From Planctomycetota bacterium (GTDB lineage Bacteria; Planctomycetota; GCA-002687715; DRQF01): a stretch of DNA of 42,024 bases. Below the pieces are notes generated by a model that worked only from the letters and a program-made list of their open reading frames with translations, did no database searches and was not told where the DNA came from. Positions within the stretch are counted from its first letter, which is position 1; the number at the start of each line of letters is the position of its first letter. The translations under genes were made by a program, and so were the position numbers. The stretch covers positions 1 to 42,024 of the forward strand of contig JAZGFI010000137.1 in assembly GCA_036479435.1 (NCBI GenBank), read 5' to 3'. Positions 1-9,410 of the stretch are shown here, piece after piece.

Positions 1-204
1 ACAAGACTCGCAATTCGAAGGCGCTATTCTCCGCATCAAACCTACGCCCCGCCTCTAAACCACCTTTGAGGCTCGTTGGCCTTGCCTGAAGGGATGGCGA
101 GAACCAGCAGATGCGGAATCGCTGGACCCGCCCATGGTAGCGGGTCTTTTGATCGCGCGTCGTGTACATTGGGACCCAAGGATCACGCCCAAAGGAGAAT
201 CGCG

Positions 205-474
205 ATGAGCCCCCAAGAGCCAGCCGAAGAACTGCCACCGCCCTGCGACAAAGCCACCCTCAAGAGCGCCATGCGCGCCTTTCGCAAGCGACTCAAGATA
301 ACCCGCTTAGATGACGAATCGCGACTCGGAGGCAGCAGCATGAGTGGCGGCAAGCAGTCATCGATCGCGGGCATTGAGCCGCCCAGCCAGTTCCCCAAGG
401 AAACCTGGGATGAGCTGGCCCGCCAAGGTCGCCTCAGCAAATCCGAAAACGGCCTCTTTAGCCTCAACGACTAG
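205..474 (+). CDS. Small conserved hypothetical protein of planctomycete type (89 aa)
   Basis: AAGGAG Shine-Dalgarno at 192-197 before ATG 205. The sequence LKSAMRAFRKRLKITRLDDESRLG...GIEPP.QFP...WDEL..QG.L resembles a small protein family I recall from Planctomycetes. Confidence 0.75.
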   Translation: MSPQEPAEELPPPCDKATLKSAMRAFRKRLKITRLDDESRLGGSSMSGGKQSSIAGIEPPSQFPKETWDELARQGRLSKSENGLFSLND

Positions 475-1055
475 ACAGTGCCAGATGAGATGAGAGGGCC
501 CCGGATGGGTCAAAAAGTAAGGCGGATGACTCTGAGATTCGCAAGGGTTGCCCGGGAGCGGTTGCGAGTCCCATCGAGAGGCCGTCGAGAGTGAAGCCCG
601 CCGGTAACGAGCCGGGCAGGGTTCCCCAAAAGTAGTAACCCACCGAGTCGGCTTGTACCTGGATGGGATGCCACCCCAGCGGCAGCAAGATCTGCGCGAA
701 TTGATCAGCCCCAAACGGCAGGCCCAAGAGTGGGCCTGGGCCGGGCGGCCCAGCCACGTTGACGGCGAAGAGCTTGAGGATCTCCGCTTCGTACCGTCGA
801 TGGCGATGGAAAGATCGCCGTTGCCGCCCGTGGTCACGTTGCGGTCAAGGAGTCGGTTCACCTCGTCGATCGTCTCTAAAGACAAGACTCTGAGTCTCGG
901 CACCGGGCCGTCGACACGAAGGACGAGGCGTAGCTCTTGTCGTTCTTGAAGGTGAATGCCGATCGAGTCTTGGATTCCAGTCGAGGAATTGTTGAAGAGC
1001 GGGAAGTTGGGAAAGGTCACCCGGATGTTCTGGATGACGTCGGACTGAAGGCGAT
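464..1055 (-). pseudogene. 3' remnant of a probable secreted/surface protein gene, frameshifted near 790 and 5'-truncated at the IS256 remnant
   Basis: Two minus-strand frames join into protein-like text: ...TTGGNGDLSIAIDG / EAEILKLFAVNVAGPPGPGPLLGLPFGADQFAQILLPLGWHPIQVQADSVGYYFWG... No start codon or signal peptide remains before the transposase sequence begins. Confidence 0.4.
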
Positions 1056-1057
1056 TC

Positions 1058-1704
1058 GGCGTGATGGAGAACGGCAAGAGGTCCATCATCGGAGTGAGCG
1101 TAGCACTCTCCGAGGCAGAGACTCACTGGCGAGACTTCTTCGAAAGCTTGCAGAATCGAGGGCTTCACGGGATCGAGATGATCACCAGCGATAGGCACTC
1201 GGGATTGATCGCTGCCATCGCGGCGTGCTTCCCAACCGTCCCTTGGCAACGATGCCAATTTCACTTGCAGCAATAGGCTCAGGCACATGTCCCAAAGGCC
1301 GCCATGAAAGATGCCGTGGCCAGATCGATCCGCGCCATTTTCGACGCAAAAGATCGAGCCAATGCCGACAGAATGCTCAGCGACACCGTCAAGTAATACC
1401 AGGAAAAAGCGCCGGAATTGGCGGCCTGGATGGCGGAAAACATCCCAGAAAATCTGACCGTTTTTGCCATGCCGCCGAAGCATCAAAAGAAACTCAGAAC
1501 TTCGAACTCGATTGAGCGACTCAATTTGGAGGTGAGCAGAAGAGTCAAAGTCGTCGCTGTCTTTCCCAACATCGACTCCTTGCTCAGGTTGGTCTCGGCG
1601 ATGCTCGCTGAGAAAGGCGAGGAATGGGATACCGGGACAATCTATTTGGCGATGGGATCGGAATGACTCGCTCGTGGAAATTACAGAAGAATTGTTGCGT
1701 CATC
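1058..1704 (+). mobile_element. IS256-family transposase remnant (C-terminal half, two in-frame stops) with probable right terminal inverted repeat
   Basis: One frame reads GKRSIIGVSVALSEAETHWRDFFESLQNRGLHG..ITSDRHSGL..WQRCQFHLQQ*..K*..LRTSNSIERLN.E..RR.KV...FPN..S.LRLVSA, with stops at 1274-1276 and 1394-1396 and the CDS ending at 1666. TTACAGAAGAATTGTTGCGTCATC (1681-1704) resembles IS256 ends. The N-terminal half and left end are absent. Confidence 0.88.
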
Positions 1705-1870
1705 TCCTTTTCATGCCCCTCTCGCCCCTCAAGTCGTTTCGAGTTTTCAGAAGAGTCTTGCTCCACCCTCGAATTTTGCATCTTGAGGGCGGCAAGACTC
1801 GATCGCCGGCGCGAAGCGAGTACCCTTAGACACGGACCGCTTGGATACGCCCTTCACGAGGCTTGAATTC

Positions 1871-4800
1871 ATGAATCTACGTCAACGCAGGCCCGACGTC
1901 ACCCGGTCCACCGCATCCCTGGCTGCATTGTCAACGGCCTTCGTTTGGGTCGGACTTGACGCCATAGTGGATGTCTTCGGCCCCGGGCCAACAACAGAAC
2001 TCCCCTGGGTTTCACGGGTGATTTCCCTGCTGCTCCCTTTGCTACCGGGAGCCTTGGTCGGCATCGTTCTCCTGATAGCTCCCTGGCGTCTGATTTTCTT
2101 GGTTTTGGCCCTCGTTGGCTGGCGATTCGCCGAAGGCCTATCCCGCACGAAGTACGCGGCCGTGGATTGGCGACCGGAGTGGTGGCCAGTGACCGCGGCC
2201 GTCATCGGCTCCCTCGTCGCCTTGGCCTTCATCCGACGGCCTCCTCGTCTTGGCAGACAAGAGGCTTGGCTATATGGGTTCTGCGCGCTTACCTTGATGG
2301 GTTGGACCGCCACTTGGCAGCGCGGCCGTTATCTGGAATGGAAGGACGCAGGGATTCTCCTCACGACGGGATTGGTATTCCTAACGCTACTAGCCTTTAG
2401 AATCGGCAAACGGGTTCGCACCCTTGTCGTCCTCAGCCTGACCTTGATTACTGTTGCTCTCGGAAGCCTCTCCGCAACTCGGGCGCTTCGGGAAGGCCCC
2501 GAGATCGATTTCCTCCTCGGGCGGACGGTCGCCGGAGGGCGAATTGCCAGTCTGATGCGGGCCCTTGCAAGGGACTCCGTCACCGAGCCCTCGGGGTTTT
2601 CGGCGAGTCCTCCTCATTTCCTCGGCAGTTCCCTTGACCGCCGTTCCAGGGACTGGCTCGTGCAAGGACCGCGCCCTCGCGGAGTTTTGGTCATTAGCAT
2701 CGATGCGATGCGTTGGGATCTTCTCGATAGGTCCGTCGGAAGCCGCCCAGTGGCTCCGACAATTTCTCGGCTCGCGAAGGAAGGCATGGTCTTCGAGCGC
2801 GCGTATTGCCCCGCCCCGATTTCACAAGTCGCGTTCTACGGGATGTACTCTGGACTTTACCCCAGTCAGTTTCTGGCCGCGTATGGTTCCTTCGACGATA
2901 TCCCTCTCGCGACCATGCGTTGGCGAAAATTGGGCATCGAAACTCGTAGCATCATTCCCCACGGCATCATGACCGTGCAAACCAACAAGCTTGCCTCCCA
3001 GGATCTTGGCTTCGAGTTTCCGCTCGGTCACCATTGGGAGGACCCAACGCCGGCGCGCATCTTCCAGCACCTTCGCCCTCGCAGCGACGGGCCTTTCCTC
3101 CTTCACTGGCACGCGCTCCACCCTCATTTCCCCTACGACCAGCATCCACAGACCTTCGCCGCTGGAGATTCGGAATGGGAGAAATACTGCGCCGAAGTTC
3201 GTCATGCGGATGACGATCTGCGACAGGTTCTGGAGAAGTTCAAGTCGGCCGGACTCCTCGACGACATGTGGCTTCTGATCACGTCTGACCACGGTGAGGA
3301 GTTTCAGGAGCATGGCTACGATCGCCACGGAACTCAGGTCTTCGAGGAATCTGTGCGAGTCCCCCTCATCCTCCACGGTCCCGGCATCGAGCCTGGTCGA
3401 TTCAAGGGACCGGTATCCCTGATCGACTTCGTCGCAACATTCGAGCAAATTTTTGATCTCGATCACGAAACCGCCCCACAAAGCAGCGGCCGCGGCTGGG
3501 TCGCGGCCCTGGCCGGTTTGATAGATGGTTTGACGACGGTTCGAGAGGCTGGCGAAACAGCGCGCGAGGTCTGGTCATCCGAGGTGGTCGTCGACCTTCC
3601 GCCGGTCGGTACTGGAAGTTGGAATCCCTCTTCGGCCCTCATCACGCCTGAGAAAAAGCTGATTTTTGACGAACGCAACCGGCGCTTTCGGCTCTTTGAC
3701 CTAATGAGAGACCCGGCAGAGCGCCGAAATTTGGCGTCAGAGCAGCGGCGCGGGGAATGCGAAGGCCTTTTTCAGACTTTGCGACGCCTCCAGGCTGTCA
3801 GCACCGCGGTCTCCTTAGAAACCACAAATAAAACTCTGCCGTCGATGACCTCACTCGTCGCGAACGCCGCAGATATTGGCGACGTCGCGGTCAGCGTGCT
3901 CGCGAACACGATTCAGGAATGGGACGTTGACGGCGCCGTGAGCCTACTCTGCCACTTTAGTGACTTCCGCAGCCCCGACTTGGAAAAGGTGATCGAGCAA
4001 CGGTTCGCTGATGACGCGCGTCCAGAAGTAAGACGCGCAGCAGCCGCTTCGCGACTTTGTAATGGTCGGGGCACCCTTGCCGAGTGGAACCGCCTTCGAG
4101 ATCGTTGGGACGAGATCGAGAACGAAGAGCTCCGCGGCGTCATTCTCGAGATCGCCAGGCGACGGGAGGACTCATCACTGTACGCTGCCGCCTCTCAGTT
4201 GCTGAGTCAAGCCAGCCCAAAAGCCATCACTCCCGATGCGTTTTCTGCTGCCTTTTATCTCTCCACGCTGAGTCATAAGACTCTCGACTCGAAGTGGATC
4301 GAAGCTGGCCTCGCGAGTCCGCGTCATTGGATCAAGCGCCGATCCGCCAGTGTCGCGACTGGAGGCCAATACGACCTTGACCCCAATGTGCTCTCCGCCC
4401 TCGAACAATCGGCTAGCGATCGCCACCTCTTGGCCTTGCTACGATTCCTGCGACTACAACACGACACTCCCGACCGTTTCTTGTTGCAGCAATCACTCGG
4501 GTCAAGATTCCGGTGGTCTCGCGAAGCGGCGTGCCGGTTCGTCGCCATCACGGGTACCAAGGCTCCGCACCTTCGACGCCAACTCTATCGGCCACCATTT
4601 GCCAAGTCCCTTCCAGACGGCTGCATCGCCGCAGACCAATGGGCCATGAAACTCGACCGCAAGAACGTCACCCTGTCGCTCGAAAATTCTGGCCCGGGCC
4701 ACCTCGCGATCTTCATCCAACTCGCAAGGCACAAGAAGCCTCACAGTCGGGTTGCCCTCATCGTGGGTGATCAACGTGAGGTCATTTCGGAACATTCTCA

Positions 4801-4936
4801 CGATCCCGCGAGGCCCGTGATGCGAAGGATCGAGGACGGATCTGCCCGCCACAACATCACAATCGAAGTGATCGCTGGCCGCCCTCAAGACGTCAAGATC
4901 GGAGCCATCGTGTGGTACCCAGACCACCGCAAGTAA
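1871..4936 (+). CDS. Membrane-anchored sulfatase-like (alkaline phosphatase superfamily) hydrolase/transferase with C-terminal helical extension
   Basis: About 6-7 N-terminal hydrophobic segments, then VLVISIDAMRWD, FERAYCPAPIS, PHFPY, TSDHGEEF..HG...HG, EESVRVPLI and LFDL..DP.E..NL motifs. The C-terminal region is HEAT-like and helical. The start is uncertain (1841 TTG or 1871 ATG). Confidence 0.82.
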   Translation: MNLRQRRPDVTRSTASLAALSTAFVWVGLDAIVDVFGPGPTTELPWVSRVISLLLPLLPGALVGIVLLIAPWRLIFLVLALVGWRFAEGLSRTKYAAVDWRPEWWPVTAAVIGSLVALAFIRRPPRLGRQEAWLYGFCALTLMGWTATWQRGRYLEWKDAGILLTTGLVFLTLLAFRIGKRVRTLVVLSLTLITVALGSLSATRALREGPEIDFLLGRTVAGGRIASLMRALARDSVTEPSGFSASPPHFLGSSLDRRSRDWLVQGPRPRGVLVISIDAMRWDLLDRSVGSRPVAPTISRLAKEGMVFERAYCPAPISQVAFYGMYSGLYPSQFLAAYGSFDDIPLATMRWRKLGIETRSIIPHGIMTVQTNKLASQDLGFEFPLGHHWEDPTPARIFQHLRPRSDGPFLLHWHALHPHFPYDQHPQTFAAGDSEWEKYCAEVRHADDDLRQVLEKFKSAGLLDDMWLLITSDHGEEFQEHGYDRHGTQVFEESVRVPLILHGPGIEPGRFKGPVSLIDFVATFEQIFDLDHETAPQSSGRGWVAALAGLIDGLTTVREAGETAREVWSSEVVVDLPPVGTGSWNPSSALITPEKKLIFDERNRRFRLFDLMRDPAERRNLASEQRRGECEGLFQTLRRLQAVSTAVSLETTNKTLPSMTSLVANAADIGDVAVSVLANTIQEWDVDGAVSLLCHFSDFRSPDLEKVIEQRFADDARPEVRRAAAASRLCNGRGTLAEWNRLRDRWDEIENEELRGVILEIARRREDSSLYAAASQLLSQASPKAITPDAFSAAFYLSTLSHKTLDSKWIEAGLASPRHWIKRRSASVATGGQYDLDPNVLSALEQSASDRHLLALLRFLRLQHDTPDRFLLQQSLGSRFRWSREAACRFVAITGTKAPHLRRQLYRPPFAKSLPDGCIAADQWAMKLDRKNVTLSLENSGPGHLAIFIQLARHKKPHSRVALIVGDQREVISEHSHDPARPVMRRIEDGSARHNITIEVIAGRPQDVKIGAIVWYPDHRK

Positions 4937-5176
4937 CCGTGCCGAGCTGAAGTCCCGGCGGCGGCGGCAGGACTTGGATCTGCCGTGTCCGTCTAGGTGA
5001 AGCGCGGCGGCTAGCGACGCCATTCTGCTTGAATCTGGTTTTGGGGTTTTGCCACCGATCAATTCAAGAGGCTATCCAGGGTTGCCGCGTTCCGGAAGGT
5101 TCCGAGCAGGGGCTCCGGTCCCACTCTTTTGTCCTTTTTGACCTAGCTTGAACACGACTGCTGAATTGCAAGTGAT

Positions 5177-6967
5177 CTAGAAACTGCCGATGATGATCTC
5201 GCGGGATTTGAGGGTGAGTTTGGAGGAGATTGCTTGCTCGGAGTCGAGATCGGCAAACCTCGGGTTCTTGGGTTTCCAGCGCAAGTCAACTTGAATGGTG
5301 TTCCGCCTGAAATTGATGAGGTAGGCCAACCGCTGGTTGCCGATGCGGGCCGTCCGAACTTCGATCCCCCATTCCGGATTTCCCGCTTCATCGAGGGCCG
5401 TCAAGTCTCGGTCGATTCCGGCCTTTGATAGCCACCGATCGATGAGTTGGTGCTAGCCCTGAGGAATGCCGAGGTCGATGGCTTTGCTGTTGCCCACGGC
5501 GCTGTTTCGGTGTGGCTTGCCGATGGGCTCCCAGCGCAGTGCGTCTTTTCCAATGACGCGAACGACCTTGCCGAGTTTGACCGCTTGTCTCAGATGCCGC
5601 AGGGTCTCACCTTGAACGCAAGTTGCGTTGGGGACGATGATCAAACAAGTTTCGTTGCCGACGGTGCTGGCGAGAAACTTGTCGGCAAGTTGGCGCTCAT
5701 CCCGTGAAGGTGCGCGTGCCATAGCGCGAGTTTCATATGTTCGGCGGGACTGGCGTCGAGTTTCGTCGCGTTCACCGACTCCACGACATGGAACTCGGAG
5801 TTGTAGAAAGGCGTGTTGGGAGCGATAGACTTCAGAAAGTTCGCAGCCAGACTGCTGTTCAGCCAACCGGCGACATAGGGGCTGTTTCCGAAGAAACGAA
5901 TTGGCTTCTCGACCAAGGAAAGGTCGGAGAAGGAATCGTCTCCGCTACTTAGGCCGCACATCCTGGAGATCGCGGGAAGGTCAATGCCGTAGTTGTTGTA
6001 GGAGACCGGCATCGACCAGCCTCGGTGCTCAGTACCGCCGGTAAGGTAGTCGCCCAACATGGTCTTGACCTGCGTCAAGACGCGAGGAGCGTGCCGCTTA
6101 ATACGAACGTCGTACCCCAAGCCTTGTTCAAGCCGTTAAGCGAGCCGTACTTCTTCTTAAGCCGTCCTTGCCAATTGCTGAAAGTGTGGCGGCCGGTCCC
6201 CTGGAACGCGGGCTCGTTCATGAAGTCGACCGCAATGTTGTCCCGCAGCATCTGATTGAGGTGAGGCTTGCTGCGCTCGCGAAACCAATCATCGTCGAGC
6301 TTCCCCGATTCCGTCAGGCCTCCGCGCAGCATCCCATCGACGAGATTCACCCCCAAGCGTTTCATGAGGTCGGGCTTACGCCGAGCCCAATCCGCATTCC
6401 AATTGAATCCGGTCAGAAACACGGGGGCTTCTCCGCAGCAAAAGCCGCCTTCGTGAACTTTGAGCCCGATGACATTCCAGTTGGGGATTTATGGGAATCG
6501 TGACCTTCCCGCCAACACTTCGTCGCTGCTCCGCAAGCTTGCATCCAGCATGGTGTCGACCTAGGCCATCGAACGAAGGGCCATTTTCGCCGGGGAGCGG
6601 CATTGACGTCGTGCTGGGCGAACGACAGGGAAATCTCCGCGACGGCGAGTGAAGCGTCGGGGATCGAAATGTCGTCGCCCCGGGCATGGCATCGGCTCAG
6701 ATTTTGCCGCAACGTCGCCACTTTCTTCGTCACCGATTCGATCAAAACCAACAACTCATCGTGGACTGCGATGCCGGGACCATCTGCTTGGAAACACGCA
6801 GATGGATTGCCATCTGCCGGAAGGTCATATCCGGGCTTCAGGAACGCGTGATCAAGCTCATGGGCCGCAACTCAATGAAGCCGAAAGCTGCCAGCGATGA
6901 CCATGGCTGCAACCGCAAAGACCAAGCGACTTGAAAGCACTTTGCCGCTGAATTCCCTGCCAGTCAT
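5177..6967 (-). pseudogene. Degraded GH42-like beta-galactosidase/glycoside hydrolase (multiple frameshifts, probable internal deletions)
   Basis: Fragments lie in different frames: NEP and LKKKYGSLNGLNKAWGTTF (6075-6422), GID...KSIAPNTPFYNSEFH..ALWHAHLHG (5641-6120) and a C-terminal WGIEVRT..LAYLIN (5177-5404). A signal-peptide-like start lies near 6967. Confidence 0.72.
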
Positions 6968-7258
6968 TGCTAACGATTTACTGTCTTTCGGCACTGTCAT
7001 CTTTTCAATTCTCCATCGGCTCTGCCCCCACTTTCGTCATGCCAAAGCGGACCCAGAAGTACTCTATTGAATCTGCCCAACTGCGGCGAAATGACTCACG
7101 CGAATACGGATTTCAGGGGCCAGCCAAAAAGACAAATGCCGCGTCAAAGTACGCCTACAATGTGGCGTGAGACCGCGCCGATGGGTACGATGCCCTGGCG
7201 GCAGATACGCATGTTCGACACGCCGCCCTTATCATTGAAAGGGTATGCGAGGTTCGCA

Positions 7259-8761
7259 ATGAGACACTTTTCCATCTCAAGAACACTGGCCTTTTCGGCC
7301 GTGGTTGCATCCGTTGTTTTCCTGTTGCCATGCGTCGTTTTGTCGCAATCAAATTCGAACTCAAACTCGAACTCGAACGACGATCTGTTGGACCGAATCA
7401 ACCGGCTCGAAGGCCGCGCTCAGGCCCAGGATGAGTTGATCCAAAATCTACAACACCAACTGACAGTTAGCGATGAAGCCCGTGAAAGCGGCGAGCTCGA
7501 GCTAGCCGTCAATGGTCTTCTGAACGACCTGGAAGGCGGCGGCGGAGTCACGACACCTCGCTCCGAACGTCTTTTGGTTGGCGGCCAACTGCGCCTTCGT
7601 GCTGAGGCACGTGACCCCAAGAACTACGGAAGTGGTATCCGCGACGATGTCGACTTCGTCATCCAACGGACTCGCCTCACTTTCGACTTCAGAGTCCATG
7701 ACAATGTCAGGGTCTTTGTCGAGCTCCAAGACTCGCGCAACTGGGGCGAAGAAGGGAGCACGGTTGGAGACCTTGAAGGCGTCGACCTCCACCAAGGCTA
7801 TGTCGACTTCAGCCATGTGTTCGGGCGTCCCTGGACCATCCGCGTCGGACGGCAATCGCTCTCATTCGGCGATCAACGCCTAGTCAGTCCCCTCGATTGG
7901 CATCCCGTAGGGCGCGCCTGGGATGGCGTTCGCACCTGGTATGACGCCGACGACTTCACCATTGACCTCTTCGTCACCAACGTGGTCGAAAACAGCACCC
8001 TCCTCGGTGGCCAAACCGACGATGACCATATTTTCGCCGGGGTCTACTTGACGACCAAGGTCTTCGCCGATCATGAGCTCGACGTCTATGTGTTCTACCG
8101 CCGATTCGGATCCAACAGCTTCAGGGCTGAGGACGGCACGATTGACGACCTTGAAGACGTGACCCTCGGGTTCCGCTTCTCCGGCAAACAGGGCGGTTTT
8201 GATTATTCGGCGGAAGCCGATCTCCAGCTCGGCGATCGCGCTGGCGATGACGTCACCGCCTACGCTTGGGCGGTCACCGTCGGCTACCACTTCGGCGGCA
8301 ACTGGAATCCGCGTATCGGCCTCGAGTGGACCTTCGCCAGTGGTGACGATGACCCGACCGACGGCGACTACGAAACCTTCGATCCCCTTTTCCCCTTCGG
8401 CCACGCCTTCCAGGGATATGCCGACCTCTTCGCTTGGCGTAACGGTCACGACTTGGCCGTCAAAGTGGAAGCATCACCGACCCAGGACCTCTGGTTCCAG
8501 GTTGCCGGCCACATGTTCATTCTCGACTCCGATAAGGATGCCTGGTACAACGCGGGCGGCGGCGTCATCAGAAGGACGACGGCGGGCAATGTCAGCAACA
8601 CCGTGGGATTCGAACTTGACGTTCACTTCAAGTACAACCTGAACCCCTCGACTTCATTGTGGTTCGGGTGGTCTCACTTCTTCGCTGGAGATTACGTCGA
8701 AGACACCGGCAGCTCGCCGGATACGGACTTCGGGTTCTTCCAAGTCACCATCAATTTCTAA
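7259..8761 (+). CDS. Alginate-export-family outer membrane beta-barrel porin with N-terminal coiled coil
   Basis: GAGGT SD before ATG 7259 and a signal peptide. Motifs GGQLRLRAE, RTRL.FD..VFVELQDSR.WG, DLHQGY, GRQ.L.FGDQRL..PLDW..VGR.WDG, ASGDDDP.DG...TFDPLFP.GH and G.E.D. C-terminal Phe. Confidence 0.88.
   Translation: MRHFSISRTLAFSAVVASVVFLLPCVVLSQSNSNSNSNSNDDLLDRINRLEGRAQAQDELIQNLQHQLTVSDEARESGELELAVNGLLNDLEGGGGVTTPRSERLLVGGQLRLRAEARDPKNYGSGIRDDVDFVIQRTRLTFDFRVHDNVRVFVELQDSRNWGEEGSTVGDLEGVDLHQGYVDFSHVFGRPWTIRVGRQSLSFGDQRLVSPLDWHPVGRAWDGVRTWYDADDFTIDLFVTNVVENSTLLGGQTDDDHIFAGVYLTTKVFADHELDVYVFYRRFGSNSFRAEDGTIDDLEDVTLGFRFSGKQGGFDYSAEADLQLGDRAGDDVTAYAWAVTVGYHFGGNWNPRIGLEWTFASGDDDPTDGDYETFDPLFPFGHAFQGYADLFAWRNGHDLAVKVEASPTQDLWFQVAGHMFILDSDKDAWYNAGGGVIRRTTAGNVSNTVGFELDVHFKYNLNPSTSLWFGWSHFFAGDYVEDTGSSPDTDFGFFQVTINF
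7349..7378 (+). repeat. 6-bp tandem repeat (TCRAAY x5) encoding an SNSNSNSNSN linker
   Basis: TCAAAT TCGAAC TCAAAC TCGAAC TCGAAC directly after the predicted signal peptide of the porin. Confidence 0.8.
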
Positions 8762-8792
8762 AGCCCCAGCACCACGCACCGGAGAAAACGCA

Positions 8793-9398
8793 ATGTCCCA
8801 TCATCCCGAAGAATCTTTGCACGACCCAACGACCTGCTCGGGACACCACGTCGACCATGAGCCCAGCGGGCTCGCCGAAGACGCCCTCTTCGAATCCTTG
8901 CCAGATGGTCATCTCGTCAAGATCTTGATGCAGGAACACCAAAAGATCCGCAGTCATCTCGATGACCTCGAGGGTTACATTGAGCTTTTGAAGCTCGGCA
9001 ATGATGATCGGCAAGACTTGCTTCGCAAGATCGAATCGACGGGGGCGGCCTTGATTGCCTCCGAGCCGCACCATCGCCGCGAAGAGGAAATCCTTTTTCC
9101 CGAACTCGTCTCGCGGGGATTCGTCGGACCGCCCAGCGTCATGCTCGCAGAGCATGTGCAGATCCGAGATCTCAAGAAAACCGTGAAGGAAGAAGCGACT
9201 CAGTTGTTGAAAGACGACGGTGACACTTTTCGCCTTCAAGCGGCCGCGAATGAGATCGTCGGCGACATGCGTGAGCACATGAGCAAAGAGAACAATATCC
9301 TCTACCCCTTAGCCGTCAGCGTCATCAAGGACGAAGCACTCTGGGCGGACATGCGACAGCGTTCCGACGCGATTGGATACTGCTGCACCGGGCACTAA
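8793..9398 (+). CDS. Hemerythrin (HHE cation-binding, DUF438-like) domain protein
   Basis: GHLVKILMQEH, HHRREEEILFP, GPPSVMLAEH, HMSKENNILYP, C-terminal IGYCC and a His-rich N-terminus. GGAG SD; 31 bp downstream of the porin gene. Confidence 0.88.
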   Translation: MSHHPEESLHDPTTCSGHHVDHEPSGLAEDALFESLPDGHLVKILMQEHQKIRSHLDDLEGYIELLKLGNDDRQDLLRKIESTGAALIASEPHHRREEEILFPELVSRGFVGPPSVMLAEHVQIRDLKKTVKEEATQLLKDDGDTFRLQAAANEIVGDMREHMSKENNILYPLAVSVIKDEALWADMRQRSDAIGYCCTGH

Positions 9399-9410
9399 GG
9401 GCTCGCTGGC

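Noticed and set aside
474..545. Left inverted repeat of the IS256 element
   Set aside because: Only a 6-bp match (GATGAC) to the right end, no target duplication, and the intervening DNA is not transposase sequence.
7067..7258. Extended N-terminus of the porin ORF
   Set aside because: The SD sequence and signal peptide fit ATG 7259, and the upstream part looks like promoter DNA.
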